From Carpediemonas membranifera BICM (taxonomy: Eukaryota > Protista > Fornicata), in contig JAHDYR010000012.1 in NCBI GenBank assembly GCA_019828565.1, positions 1,054,001 to 1,118,000 of the forward strand: a DNA stretch of 64,000 nt. Reading direction: 5' to 3'. The notes below the pieces were generated by a model. The model was not told the origin of the DNA and searched no databases. It saw nothing but the letters and a program-made list of their open reading frames with translations. The translations under genes and the position numbers were made by a program. Positions 22,630 to 35,200 of this stretch are shown here, in pieces (within the stretch, counting starts at the first letter, position 1; every line of letters starts with the position of its first letter).

Positions 22630-23697
22630 TTAGTGTATAAATCTCACTCGAGAGCCCCAATCACCTCGCCCCGCCCGTCCAGTCCGCCAGTGACAGAAGA
22701 CAGCGGCCAGGTGGGCCACGACGATCGCGGTGACCTGGAGCCCGGCGATAACACGGGCCGAGGCGAGGGTGACCCAGACGGCGTCGTCGAGGTAGAAGAA
22801 GCAGACGGCCTCGTCGGCGTCTGCAGGGGAGTAAAAGCACTGCAGAAGCTGCAGCATAGTGGCTGAGGCGAGGCAGACTGCCATGGCGGGCAGGGGGGCG
22901 ACCAGGCCCAGGACTAGGGCCAGGGCGGCCGCACGGCGGGGCCAGTGGCGGAAGCGGGCGGCGACCATGGTGTATGCGAGAAACATGAAGCACGCGGTGA
23001 GGACGATGGCGCAGACGGCGTAGAAAACCAGTGTGGCAGTGTGAGAGAGGGTTGAGCCCAGACCGCCGCTGTCCTTGAGCACCGGGCTGACGGTGACGCC
23101 CATGTTGGCGATGAAGCTGAACAGCTGATATATGGACTCCAGTCCGAGGAGCAGCAGCGCCATGCAGACGCCCGTGCCCGCCACCAAGCACCACTCCCAG
23201 GCGGACAGCACGAAGCGGGCCGCTTTGGCAGGGACATCTTGCCTTGCTGCTATACACAGGAAGACAGCTGTGGTCATGCCGACCGTCGTGGCGGTGTGGC
23301 GGCATGCCGACGACAACACAGCCAGTACATACGTGCGGAATGCGGTTGGGACAGTCACCCACACCGAGGTAGCGAACGCATCACACACAGAGCTATCGCC
23401 ACCGGCCCGCTCAGCGCCGCAGCCGAAGTAGACGTTGTGAACGCCGACGACTATGCGCACGGGGTCCACTGCAAGGATGCTTGAGATGCCCATTAACGCT
23501 ATAAAGACAGCTATACGGCCCATGTAGGAGCTACAGCGCACTTCCTGCGGCGCTAGGGCATAGCATATCAGAAATATTAACGCAACAAGGAATACGGCGA
23601 CGTCTGTGGCCTGCTCGGCCACACCATGTGCCACTCGAAACGCCCACGTGATGGACATCCCGTTACCGCCGTTCAAAGGGCAAATGAGGGCGCCCAT
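22630..23697 (-). CDS. Multi-pass membrane protein, unknown function
   Basis: 355-aa hydrophobic, Cys-rich ORF. Confidence 0.6.
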   Translation of the reverse strand: MGALICPLNGGNGMSITWAFRVAHGVAEQATDVAVFLVALIFLICYALAPQEVRCSSYMGRIAVFIALMGISSILAVDPVRIVVGVHNVYFGCGAERAGGDSSVCDAFATSVWVTVPTAFRTYVLAVLSSACRHTATTVGMTTAVFLCIAARQDVPAKAARFVLSAWEWCLVAGTGVCMALLLLGLESIYQLFSFIANMGVTVSPVLKDSGGLGSTLSHTATLVFYAVCAIVLTACFMFLAYTMVAARFRHWPRRAAALALVLGLVAPLPAMAVCLASATMLQLLQCFYSPADADEAVCFFYLDDAVWVTLASARVIAGLQVTAIVVAHLAAVFCHWRTGRAGRGDWGSRVRFIH

Positions 23698-23901
23698 TTG
23701 AGGCTTACGGTGGGATGCTCAGGACGTCACGCATATCTCGATCGAGACGATTTGGGAAAGATCCGCCAAAACCATGAACAGATTCTCAAGGAAGCGGGTT
23801 AGACCGATCTGAATGACCTGGCCAGCAGACCCCGCGTCGGCTTCAACTCCACCTGCCACTGGAAACGGGATTCTTTACGCAATCTATGAAATAAAATATA
23901 C

Positions 23902-26900
23902 TCAAAGCTGGACGACGGTGGCCCGGCCTGACGCGGCGACCTCCTCGAGCTCCGCGATCATCTGGTCATACATGGACTTTCTGACCCGGACGGTCTTGAA
24001 CGCGACGTGCGTCAGGTAGGCGGGGGATAGGGTGTAGTGGATGTCCTCCAGGATGTCGTCGGACAGCTTCTCCGGGATGGTCTTGATGGCGTCGATGCTC
24101 TCTGCCGTGTTGTTGTCATCCAGCGGGATCTGCACGGCATCCTCCATGTGACATTCGGGGCAGTGGCTGATGCCAGCGACGGCCATGAACGGGAAGGCAC
24201 AGAACGAGCAGACGGACCAGAAGAGCTGCTCCGCCTTCAAAGCCGCCAGCGCGTGGCGGCGGTTAACGATGATAGCGTTCAACATGAAGGCTTCGATGTC
24301 ATCGATGGAGTCCTCGGCGACGGCAAAGATCATGGGAACGAAGTCGGCGCCGGACTTGATGACGAGCGCCTTGATGAAGAAACCTGCGTGTTCCTGGATG
24401 TGGATGAAGTGTGCGATGCCGCTGACGTGCGTCTCGAGGACGAGGTCGACGCCGTGCTGCAGCCTGAGCACGCCGGTGTGGTCGGCCGAGAGCTCCAGGT
24501 CGACGAGTTTCAGCGGCCTCGTAGCCTCCTTCAGCTCCTCGACAGTGAGGTCCTGCAGCCCGAACACCTGACACTGCCATGGCCGGTGGGCGAAGACGAC
24601 TGCGTCCTCGATGCGGGCGACCAGGTCGTCCAGACCATCCCTAACGTCCAGCTCGAGGCTGTCCCGGGGCTCTGGGTCGGGCACGATCAGCACGGGCCTC
24701 GGGCGGGGGGCGGGGGGAGCCGCACTGGCCTGGCCCTCGAGGAGAGCAGCCAGCTTGCTCCGAGTACCGTTGAAGTCGTAGTCACGCAGCTCGGACGGGC
24801 GCTTGTCCTCGGGCTCGGGGCTGAGACCAGACTTGTCCCCTGCTTCCTCTGCGGCAGCTTGGACTGTGGGCTCGGCAAGGGCCTCTTGCTCGGGGGACAC
24901 AGGGGCGGCCGGCTGGTCCGGCTCGGCGAACTGCTCGAACATGGGCTCAACCTCAGATTCGTCAGACTCGTCAAACTCGTCAGGCCCGAAGACAGGCTCG
25001 CTACCCCGGATGACGGCGGTCTGCTCCTCGTCGACGTCGAGGGGCACAGTCCCAACGACGTGTGACTCGGCCATCGGTGTGGGTTCGAGCGACGTCAGCG
25101 AGGGGATGGTCGAGACCTGCACGGAGTCGACAGCGGCGCTGGTCTCGAGCACCCCGCCGGAGAACGACGCATCGGCTGCCGCCATGAGGCCCGAGTCCGC
25201 GGATCCCGTCATGGTTGGCGCATCGACTTCGTGTGTGGCGGTCTGCTCGGCCTCATCCTCTAACAGGTCCTGCAGCGTGACAAAGGTCTCGACGGCGACC
25301 TCCTCGGCGGCCCGGATCATGGTACTAGGGTCGATGCCCTGGGCCCACGCCAACTTGTTCACGATAAACGCGTCGACGGCGTTTGTGGCGCCCAGCTTGG
25401 TCGGGGCGGTGAGCTTGACCTTCGGGACCTTGTGGGCGACAATGGGCTTCGGGGTGACAGTCTGCGGGAACTTGGCGAAGTAGCCGGTGACGTGGTCGAA
25501 CAACACCGCACCCACGGCGTCCTCGCCCATGTGCTTCACAGACATGTATTGCGTGATTACGGACTTCGCAAAGGCGAACCCCTGCTGCACCAGGGCGGGC
25601 GTGTGCGCTGGGATCGTCATGCTGGTCGATCCGACCTCGGTTGACCCGTCGTACGTCTCCTGGACGTCGTAGCTGCCCTCGCACTCGATCTGAATGTCCG
25701 GCAGCCCCCTGAAGAGAAACGCGTCCGGGTGCACGGCCGGGGCGCTGGTCGGTGGGCCCGGAACCGATGCTGCGGCGTCCTTGGCCTTCTTCCCCTTGGC
25801 GGGCCTGTCGAGCGTCGGCACGGGTCCCATGGGAATGCCCGTCAGGTCCGCCGTGAAGCAGGGCTGCATGGATCGGGCCACGGGCGCCAGCGAGGGCACA
25901 TCGAGCATCACCACGCCGTCGATCTCGATCTCCTGCTCGTCGGCGTCCCCCGTGGCGAGGGTGGGCTGCGGGACTGGCCCCTCGTCGTCGGAGTCGGACA
26001 GCACGGACTCATCCTCCTCCTCCTCGGGCAGAGGGATGCCGTGCTCGACCAGGAAGGCCTCATCCCACTGGATGGCCATGGAGTCGACACTGATCTCACC
26101 GGAGACGCGCTTGGTGGCCAGAGCCCTGACGATCTCGAGGTCGAGGTCCTCCAGGTTGATCACGGGATTCATGTCGAGGTTGAGGACCTGAAGCGTGGAC
26201 GAAGCAATGGCCGCGATGTCGTCCAGCCGGGCGATCTTGTTGTCGGTGAAGTCCAGGAAGCGCAGCGCCGGGAAGTAACTAGCACTGAAGTCTGTCAGCG
26301 ACGGCAGTTGGTTGTGGGACAGATCGAGCTCGGAGATCGACCGCGGCGGCTTCTGGGACACCCACAGGGGGGCTAAGCTCTTGATGGCGCAGTGGGTAAC
26401 AGTCAGCTTCTTGAGCGAGGACAGTGTCGAGAGGTCGGGCAACTCAGTCAGGTTGGGGCAGTGGTCGACGACCAGGGTCCGGAGGTGGGCAGCGAGGGTC
26501 AGGGTGCTGTCCAGCTCGGTGAGGTGCGTCGAGTCCGATAGCGTCAGGCTGGTCAGCTTCATCCAGGAGTCGGAGGGCGTCAGGAATCGCATCGTGTTCG
26601 ACAGCGTCATGCCCGGCTCGAATGCAGCGGCCACGGGGGCCAGGAGGAGGTCTGAGAGCTGAACCACGTTTTTAGCCACGATGACCTGGACCTTTCGGAA
26701 CACGGCGGACCCGACAGAGTCGAGTCGCAGCCGTTTGGTCGTCTCCAGCGTCAGCACGCGGAGGGAGACGAAGGGGGACATCTGGAAAATGTCTACGTCC
26801 CTGCTGTTGTCCGTCTCGGCGTCCAGGACGGTGAGGTGCATGACCCCGTTCACCATCATCTCAAACGGCATGGGCGTGAAGTACTCCTCGAGCGGCAGAC

Positions 26901-27385
26901 TGTTGCACACGCGGGCGTACCGTATGCGGCTGACCATCACGTCCCTGGGCTGCTCCACGTGGCCGTGTGCCCGAAGTGTGTCGGCGAGGTCGGTCATCAT
27001 CGTGTGCGTCAGACCCACGGGAAACGTCTTGCCGCCAGCCGCCTGGGTGGGATCCTTGGAGGTGGCATCGGCGATGAGCATTGAGTTATCGTCGTCCCCG
27101 TGGAGTTCCGGGTTCGCGTTGACGAAGGCAGCGTGGGCGTCTTCAAAGAACTTGATACTGCGGATATACTGAGTGATATCATCTAAAATGTCGATGGGAA
27201 GTTCAAGAGAGGGCGTTGACCCGTCTGTGTGAGGTTGCGTGAGGAGACTGACCTGTTGAGTATGCTATGGACTCCTGATGCTCGTTCAGCGTCGCTGCAA
27301 GATTGGATATGCGAAGTTCATATCTATACAGCTCCCTGGGATTGCATACCGTATCCCTGCCGCTTCCACTCGGCGTCGGAGCCAT
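23902..27385 (-). CDS. Leucine-rich-repeat protein (STK11IP/nischarin-like architecture); 2 exons
   Basis: LRRs (ELDLSHNQL, FLDFTDNKI, VLNLDMNPV), acidic middle, C-terminal CSFC...CPEC. A 28-nt GTCAGT...CTCACACAG intron (27225-27252) extends the frame to an ATG at 27385. Confidence 0.7.
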
Positions 27386-27659
27386 CGCTCGTGAGTTGTG
27401 TGCAGGATAAGGTTCGATCCGATGGCGGTAGTATGGCTGCAATACTGATATCTGTGAATAGAACTAGGCCATGATAGCCCCCATTCCGTCAGAAATATCT
27501 CCCTACGCTGATTCAAAGAGCAAGGATGATGCGCCTCTCTCTGCCGTGAAAAGGACCGACTGCCGGAACTGCAGAGAATGGTCAGCTCAGGTCCCGCACG
27601 GGCTGACTCGGTGATTTATGCGCGGTACATGGCATATGTATAGCCCTTCCGACGAGAGA

Positions 27660-29312
27660 ATGAATGTAGGCAACTTTGTTCTTCTCGCAATCCTAGCTTG
27701 TGTGCTCGCAGATCAATCTTCAGATACTAGTGCGACTGGATCGCACATCATGCAGTTCGTTGAGTTCTCGGTCGTTGACAACATCATCGACCCGCTGAAA
27801 CCCATCGTGGACCACGAGATCAGGACCATATTCTCCAAGCAGGAGGTCGGGCACATCTTTGGCTACTTCCTGACGGACATCAACGGCGACTTCCTCCCTG
27901 TGAACTCCCAGCTCCGCTACTCGTACAACTCGAGCGGCATCATACTACTGTGGGACCTCATGGCCAATAGCGCGGCCGTATGGCAGGCCAACGACTACTT
28001 CTTCGAGACATTTCACCGTGAATACATGCAGAAGCCATCCGGTGTGCTGGCGCCGCCCGAGATCACCATCAACGACCTTAGGGCCCGACTGGGGCAGGAC
28101 TCGGCCGGGTATTATAGCTCGTACCTATGCAGGATGCCCATGGTCAACGTCACGTCAGACCAGCTGCCCGAGACGTTGCATGCTTTCGACACATTCAAGG
28201 CGATGGCCAATCAGACGATGACGACGCTGCTGGAGATCGAGGCCCACTGGAAGGCCAGCCGCATTCTCTACCGGTACGTTGAGAGCATCGCCGCGGACCT
28301 GCAGACGCTGTTGGCGCAGTACCCGGTGGCGCTGACCACGTGGCGCAGTGATCCCCAGCAGTTCCAGTTCTCGGCCAACCGGACAGCTCACCCCATGGTG
28401 GTCTGCGACGACTCGTGGCCGGTGATCACAGACATCGCGGGGCATCTGGCAGACCCCCCGACGTCCGCGTCGACTGAGCACGATGTGCAGGAGTGGATCT
28501 CGCAGATGTGGGCACTGATCCAGATGCTGCGGCGGTCGCTCGCCCAGGACCCTCTGACCTTCCCCACACCCTCAGCATCGCTCGTGACGGCCGTGAATGT
28601 TTCCAAGACGCATGTCGATACGATATTCGGTGACCGCAGCGAGCACGTGGGGCAGACCGCCATCGTCTCGACGGCGCTGACGGTCAACCCCGCCACACTG
28701 CCCAAGATCTTCAAGTCAGCGGAATCTCTCACGGACATCTCGGTCTCGTCCGAGCTTCTCGTGCTGTTCTCGGGTACGGCCATCCCAGGCTGGCTCAATT
28801 CGGCGTCGCCCGCACCCTTTCTGCTCGACGGACACGAGTTCCACAACCCCTCGTTCGAGTCGTACGAGCTGCAGCCCGGCCCCGGGTTCACGGCGCTGAC
28901 GGACGCCGGCCCCCTCGACATACCGCCCACTGAGTATATTTCCGTGCACCTTAAGGACTACAGCATGTGGCTGGACTCCATCGCCCGCATGGAGCAGGCT
29001 GGGTACAAGCAGGAGGAGATGTACGCAGACGTATCGGCGTCGATCAACACCGGCCTGCTCACACTGACCGCAAACGCCTCGTTCACCGTCCGTAACAACT
29101 CAGACCCCCTCGTCCTGCGGGCCCCGGAAGTCCTGATCGTGCTCTCCGACTCCACGAGGCCGGGCTTCATGTCCTGGGTGATCCCCACCGCCTGGGCCGC
29201 CACCGTGCTAGGGACGGTGGTGTTCGTCGTCGGGGTCGGACACACGGCCGCCCGGGCTGGATGGGGCGGGTACAAGCGGTTTATTAGGAAGGAGCGCGCG
29301 CCGGTGGCATAG
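27660..29312 (+). CDS. Type I membrane/surface protein, unknown function
   Basis: Signal-peptide-like MNVGNFVLLAILACVLA, a C-terminal TM segment and a short basic tail. Confidence 0.65.
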   Translation: MNVGNFVLLAILACVLADQSSDTSATGSHIMQFVEFSVVDNIIDPLKPIVDHEIRTIFSKQEVGHIFGYFLTDINGDFLPVNSQLRYSYNSSGIILLWDLMANSAAVWQANDYFFETFHREYMQKPSGVLAPPEITINDLRARLGQDSAGYYSSYLCRMPMVNVTSDQLPETLHAFDTFKAMANQTMTTLLEIEAHWKASRILYRYVESIAADLQTLLAQYPVALTTWRSDPQQFQFSANRTAHPMVVCDDSWPVITDIAGHLADPPTSASTEHDVQEWISQMWALIQMLRRSLAQDPLTFPTPSASLVTAVNVSKTHVDTIFGDRSEHVGQTAIVSTALTVNPATLPKIFKSAESLTDISVSSELLVLFSGTAIPGWLNSASPAPFLLDGHEFHNPSFESYELQPGPGFTALTDAGPLDIPPTEYISVHLKDYSMWLDSIARMEQAGYKQEEMYADVSASINTGLLTLTANASFTVRNNSDPLVLRAPEVLIVLSDSTRPGFMSWVIPTAWAATVLGTVVFVVGVGHTAARAGWGGYKRFIRKERAPVA

Positions 29313-29405
29313 TAAAGCTGTTCACCCAGTGTGGCATGCCGGTGCCTGTGGTCGACCAGCCGGTTCCTCGGCCAGTGTGTCCATGCCGCGCAACGCTAGG
29401 TAAAG

Positions 29406-30020
29406 CTACGTCGCCCCGTCTGATGGCACAGCGTCCGGCTGGGGCCCGGGATCCACGGAGGGCTGGGTCGTGCCTCGGGTCCGTTCGGCCGCAGACACCC
29501 TGGCGATGAGGGGGAGGAGCGCGCCAACGTTCTTCCCCGAGACCGCGTTGCACGGGATAACCGTCCACATCCTGTCGGTGAGCTCGAACAGGCCGAGCTC
29601 GTCCGCCAGGCGGTCGGGGGTCATGACATCGGGGCAGTCGGCCCAATCGTCGGTGTGGTAGTTGGCCACGACAATCAGGGGCCGCTTGTTGGTGTCGTGG
29701 TCGAGGATTCGGTGGAGGTATTCTCGTTGCTCGTCGAGACACCACGAATCTTTCTCGTGGGGGTTGGTGATGAGACACATGACGGCCATCTTCTCGTTCA
29801 TATACATGTAGTGCAGCTCGCGGAGCTTGCATGCGCCGCCACAGTCCCATATCGTGATCTTAGAGCGTGGCAACCCCGAACTTCGTCCGCCAAACTTGAT
29901 CGTCTCCACATTGAACCCAACAGTGGGAATAAGAGTCAATTCATCAATAATGCCAACCAATCTGTACAGTAGCGTGGTCTTTCCAGCAGCATCGATGCCG
30001 AAGAATGGTGCTTGTATCAT
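29406..30020 (-). CDS. Divergent ARF/ARL-family small GTPase
   Basis: GIDAAGKTT P-loop, IPTVGFNVETI, IWDCGG, LIVVAN, CNAVSGKNV. Confidence 0.8.
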   Translation of the reverse strand: MIQAPFFGIDAAGKTTLLYRLVGIIDELTLIPTVGFNVETIKFGGRSSGLPRSKITIWDCGGACKLRELHYMYMNEKMAVMCLITNPHEKDSWCLDEQREYLHRILDHDTNKRPLIVVANYHTDDWADCPDVMTPDRLADELGLFELTDRMWTVIPCNAVSGKNVGALLPLIARVSAAERTRGTTQPSVDPGPQPDAVPSDGAT

Positions 30021-30059
30021 CTTGTTGAAGTCGTCCAGAAACCCGACTCCAACCGTCCT

Positions 30060-31817
30060 TTACTCCTGCTGTGGCTCCCGTATCCTGGCGCCCCACTGTA
30101 TTTTGCGGCGTCTCGGCTTGAGCTGGCGTCGGAGCATTCGCCTCATTTTGTCGTTGTTGACATCCACGAGTTGGTTGACAGTCGAGCTCTGTCGGTTTGA
30201 CGTAACCAGCACCCTGTTGACGTCGAGCTCCACTACAACGCGAGGCTGCCCCAGCGCCATGATGAATGTACGGGGCTGATCCACCGTCATGGAGCTCAGC
30301 ACCCGGATCAGGTCGAGCACGTCATATGGGGGGTCGGCGCGTGCTGGGATTAGTCTGACAGCTGTCTTGTCGTTGGCGTCCAGGACAGCTGCCAGCTCAG
30401 TCTGTGGCAGGCCCGGGGTACGGAGCGTCACGCGGTTGGCGCGGTTGACCAGAGAAAGCAGCGTTGGACTTGCACTGGGCTCGATGATAAAGACGCCGCT
30501 ACCAGTCAGACTGAAGCAAACGAGGCACGGGTCAAACACCGTGACAGCGAATTCCCCGGGAATGGAGCCTCTGAGCTCGAATAGGGCCACATACGTCTCC
30601 AACAGGCTGATGTCGGGGCGGAGGAAGTGCGTGCCAGGGGACACCCGCACCTGTGTGAGGTCGTCGGCCAACCGAGCCCGTTTGATGCTCTGCCGCACTG
30701 AGTTGACGTCGTAGAGCATAGCCCTGACCTCTGTGTCCGGTCTGGTGCTCTCGAACACCCAGCCGACAGTCAGCTGCACAGTCGTCATTGGTCTGGACAG
30801 AGTCATCGTAAATGAGCGGGGCAGGCAGGGCTTCGTGGCGACGTGCTTCAGCACAGCCCTCAGATGAGAGCAGTCGTACCCCTGTGAGTGCGCTGGCAGG
30901 ATAAGGTCAAGCGGACGGCCTGGGGTCCGTCAGGAAGAGGCGCACGGCTGTCCATAACGTCTCAAAACGATCGAGCATCGCCTGCACCAGGGGCCGCGGG
31001 GGCTCAACTTGGGTATTACTAGCGCCGTCGACCGTAACCACGCATTCCGGGTGGGTCAGACACACTTTAAGGGAGCTGGGGCAGCATCCGCGGCAGAGTA
31101 GGGTGACAAGGACAGTCTCGAGAGACTCAACCGTGATGGCGATGCAGGCATGGCCCGAGACACCCTCTCTCACTGCGACGAGAGGACCCAGCTCGAGCTC
31201 GGCGGACCGGAGGTCATTGCACTGGATCGAACGAACAACGCGCCGCAGCTGGAAGAACAGGCGCAGATCGTGCAGGAGTGCGTCTGTTCGGACCGGTGTC
31301 GCCGATGTGACCACCGCCACTGCGCCCCGGACGACAATCCGGGCCCTGGGGAGCGTGGCGTCGATCACGAGCTCCTTGGGCAGCTTCCGGTCAATAAATA
31401 TGCTCAGTATCTCGAAGTGCCGGCAGTCCGGAATAGTGACATGGCCCTTCATGTCGAAGTGTCTCAGAAGCCCGCCGATGGGGCGTCGTAGCCGGCTGTA
31501 TGCCCGCAATCAAGGTCGGATCGTGTCACAGTAGCGTCACAAGTTGGGGTGATCTCGATGTCACACCGCTTCGGGACTCTGGCCGAGCTGTAGAACGCGA
31601 TGAGGGCGTCAATTCGTTCTTGATCCTCGCTGTGTAAGTGGGGCTGCAAAAAGACAAACTTAATGGCTCCATGCTGCTGACTATTACGATAGTGATTTGA
31701 GAATGGCAGAATAGACCGGCTAGGTGAGAGAATACAGATTAGACTGACATTCTGCGAAGCACGTCTGAAAAAGACGCCCTTTCTTGGAAAGTGGAAAGAT
31801 ATTCCCGGTAGCTTCAT
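30060..31817 (-). CDS. Hypothetical gene(s), probably intron-containing; structure unresolved
   Basis: Consecutive minus-strand ORFs (31464-31817, 30907-31509, 30060-30854) with consensus-like short introns, e.g. GTTTGT...CTTACACAG near 31630-31660. Confidence 0.35.
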
Positions 31818-31850
31818 ATTTCATGCAATGAATTCACACCTGATTAAGGC

Positions 31851-32181
31851 TGAGTTTCCCGGTTCTGTGACGAAGTGTCACAGCAGCGACATTTCGTCGT
31901 TCCTTATCCTGCACCAAATCACCGCGAGTCAGCGCTTATCTCGGGTGCCGGGACAGCCTCGTGCCGGGGCCGGGCACTAGGGGAGGAGTGCCCGGTAGCC
32001 CTTAAAAAAGGTGCAGGATAAGTTGTTGTCCAGCAGACTCTCCAAAAACCCACCCCTCAGCCCGCTCCCCCCGTTCTAAGCGCACATACCCCCCCCCCCG
32101 CCTTGGTTGCCGTTGTGTGGACGCGCGTTTTGCTTGAATAAAATGGGCTGAGTGAAAAAGAACAACATCAACCGGGGCTCG
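31851..32181. ncRNA. Candidate structured non-coding RNA (identity unresolved)
   Basis: Several perfect inverted repeats in one ORF-free gap (13, 9, 8 and 7 bp stems) plus an end-to-end closing helix. Confidence 0.4.
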
Positions 32182-32290
32182 CTAAATGCTGACGACTCCG
32201 CTTGACTCCACTCGATCGTGTGATTGGGCCAAATATTTTGGCCGCCGCATGGACTGGACTCAACTACAGCACTGTAACGGTACATTTACC

Positions 32291-35200
32291 CTACTCCTCC
32301 ACGGGAATGACGCGGTGTCTGAACTGCTCCACACCTGCCATGGCCTCGTTGAGCTTCTTGTGTGCCTCAGGCCAGTCGGCCCAACGAAGTACCGCCTCGG
32401 CTAGGGCCACGTGCCCCGCGGCACCTGTCTTCTGGGCAACCTCGACAAGCATGCCGCATGCCTGGGCCGACGCTGACTTCTTGACGGTGAGCCCAATGGC
32501 CCTGGCGAGTGCGATGGTGTGGCCGGCCCAGCGGGTCGTCATGGCGCGCAGCACGGGGACGGCGGCCGAGATGACGTCGGGGTTGCCCTCCAGCGCGATG
32601 TTGTGGATGACGAAGGGGACGATGGTCGCCTCGAGCCGGTCCAGCACGGCGTTGAAGTCGGGCCCGGCCGTGGCGAGGATGTAGCCCAGCGTCGACCAGC
32701 CCAACACGCGCACGGCGTTGGAAGCGTCGATCTGCTGCTCAATGCCAAGCGTCTTGACCTCCAGGGAGAAAACATGGTCGTCGAACGGGCGTGTCAGCGT
32801 CGCCGCGATCAGGAGCACCAGCTGCCACAGGCCGACGGGGTCCTGGAACGCTGCCCCGGCCCGTGCCATGTCAGTGAGGGCTCCAAGGGCCTGGTGGATG
32901 AAGAGGAACTCCGTATCTCGGGGGATCTGGATGGAGTCGAGCCCGGCGGAGACGTTGAGGGTCTTCGCGATGTGGTGGACGGCCTGCACGACCGTGTCAA
33001 CGTGCTGCTGGTCAGGAACCCGCCGGAACAGGGCGAGCGTCACTGCGATGCGCTGTCTGTCGGTGAAGCAGGCTGCGGGCGTCGCCAGGCCGCGGACGGC
33101 GAAGGCAGTGAAAATGGCGACGACGGCGCCCTCGAAGCTGGTCTTGTTGCTGTCGCTGGCAATCTTCCACAGCTCGAGCGCCTTCTTGGCGTACTCCTCG
33201 ATCTGCGGTGGGAAGGGCGCATCCCGGTCGAGCAGGGCGCTGACGGCGGCCTTGGCAGCGTGCAGATGGATGGCGTGGCGAAGGAACTCATCCTCCTTGT
33301 CGAACGCGTGCGGGTCAGGCGGCTTGCTGAGACCCTGAGCCATGCAGTCGATCGAGGACATCTTCTTCGTAACGTGCATGACCTTGCACGTCTCGGGGAT
33401 GCGACCGACCAGGTCAGGCTTGAACGACACCAGCAGCCCGGCGGCGTTGGCGATGTGGGTGACGACCTCGAAGCTGCTGACCCGCTTGGACAGTAGCGCG
33501 TCGAGCGTCTTGGCCGTGGCGTAGCGGGAGTCTCTCTCCATCAGGAACCGCATAGTGATGGCCGCGTGGCCGGGCTCGAGCGCCATGGCGTTCATCGTCG
33601 CACGGTAGAGGGCCTCGGGGTCGGTGATCATGACCCGGATCTTGGCAAAGGCCGCGAGCACCGTGATGGTCGCGCAGCGCTTCACCGCGGTGTCGATGGC
33701 GTTCGTCAGGGCGGGGACGACGGCTGTACAGGAGGCCAACCGGGACACGACGTCCATGACGGCGGGGCAGTCCCGCTCGGCCTCGATGAGCTTCACCAGG
33801 AGCCCCACGACGGCAGAGACCTCGGCCCCGGTCATCGTCGTGTGCGGCGCCATCGACGTCGCCAGGGAGGGCAGGATTCGCGGGTCAGCATGGGGCAGTT
33901 GGGCGTACGCCAGGAGGGCGCCCGTCACCCCCGCCACGGGGATAGCGGCGCCGAACGACACGAACGCGTCCACCGCGCCCGACCGCATCGTCGAGTCCGC
34001 GCCGGTGAGGTGGGTCGCGAGGGGCCCGGCGAGGTCAGAGGCGACGTCCGGCACGCGCTGGATGAGGCGGCCGGCGGCGGCGAGGAGATCGGGCGTCGGG
34101 GCGGCCAGGGCGGCGATGGCGTGGGGCAGCACGTCGTCGAGCAGGCCCCGGAGCGGCATGGCGTCCATCACGCCGGCAATGGCGGTGCTGGCCGCGTTGG
34201 TCCCCTTGTTCCCGGCGATTGCGGCGAGCAGGATGCCAATGAGAGCGACACGGTCATCCTCTGCGCCGAACGAGAGCAGCTCTGTTGCAGCGATCATGCC
34301 GCGTGCCGTGGCGCTCTTCTCCGCGATGGCGGCCCACGTTTGGGTGTCGTGTGTGCCGATTGAGCCCCACAGAAGCACCAGGGACGCCTCGACGTCGGGC
34401 TCGACCATGGCTCGGGCCACGAGGCGGGAAGGGTCGACGGGGATGGGGGCGCCGCGACGGATCGCGGCGGCGATGATCTTAGACGCGAGAGGGTCGGTGC
34501 TAGAGGCGATGGCGACGAGGTCGAGGTGTGCGAGGGCGTGGGCCGGGATCGACGGCAGGGCGGTCAGCATGGCGGAGGCGGCGGGCTCAGAGACGTTGGT
34601 GTTGGCGTCCTGGACACCGGTGGCGAGGGCGTCGAGGAGCAGGCCGTTGGTGACGACGGCAACTGCCGCAGCGGCGTTGACCGCGGCAAGCCTGACTCTC
34701 CAGGAGTCGGTATCGGCGTCCATGTCGCCGGCGTCGGACGCTTCTGACATGCTCGCCGCTGAGTAGTCGCTCTCGTCGTCGCTGGTCTCCGAGAACTCAC
34801 CGAACTCGGCCGCCAGCGGGTCGAACGACACGCCCTCGCGGATGGCGGCGCTGATCGCATCCAGCACGGGCTCGAGTGTGTACCGTGGGACAGCCCCGGC
34901 GACTGCGGCGATGCATTCGAGGGCAGCGGCCCGTGCGATGCACTCCTCGGCGAGGTCGAGCCCCATGTCGGCCACAGTGGCCAGGACGCCGAGGCTGTGC
35001 TTCACGGCGTCGGTGACGACCTTGCTGTCCGTAGTCGCTATTGCCGCGGCCACACGGCCCACCGCTGCCGTGGCGAATGGGAGTGTGGCGGCCTCGGTCA
35101 TCGACGTCAGGGCGGGCAACACTGACTGGGCGGCGAACGTGGGGTCGAGCAAGGGCGCGATGTTGCCCAGGGCGACCAGGGCGGGGCGGGTATGGATTGG

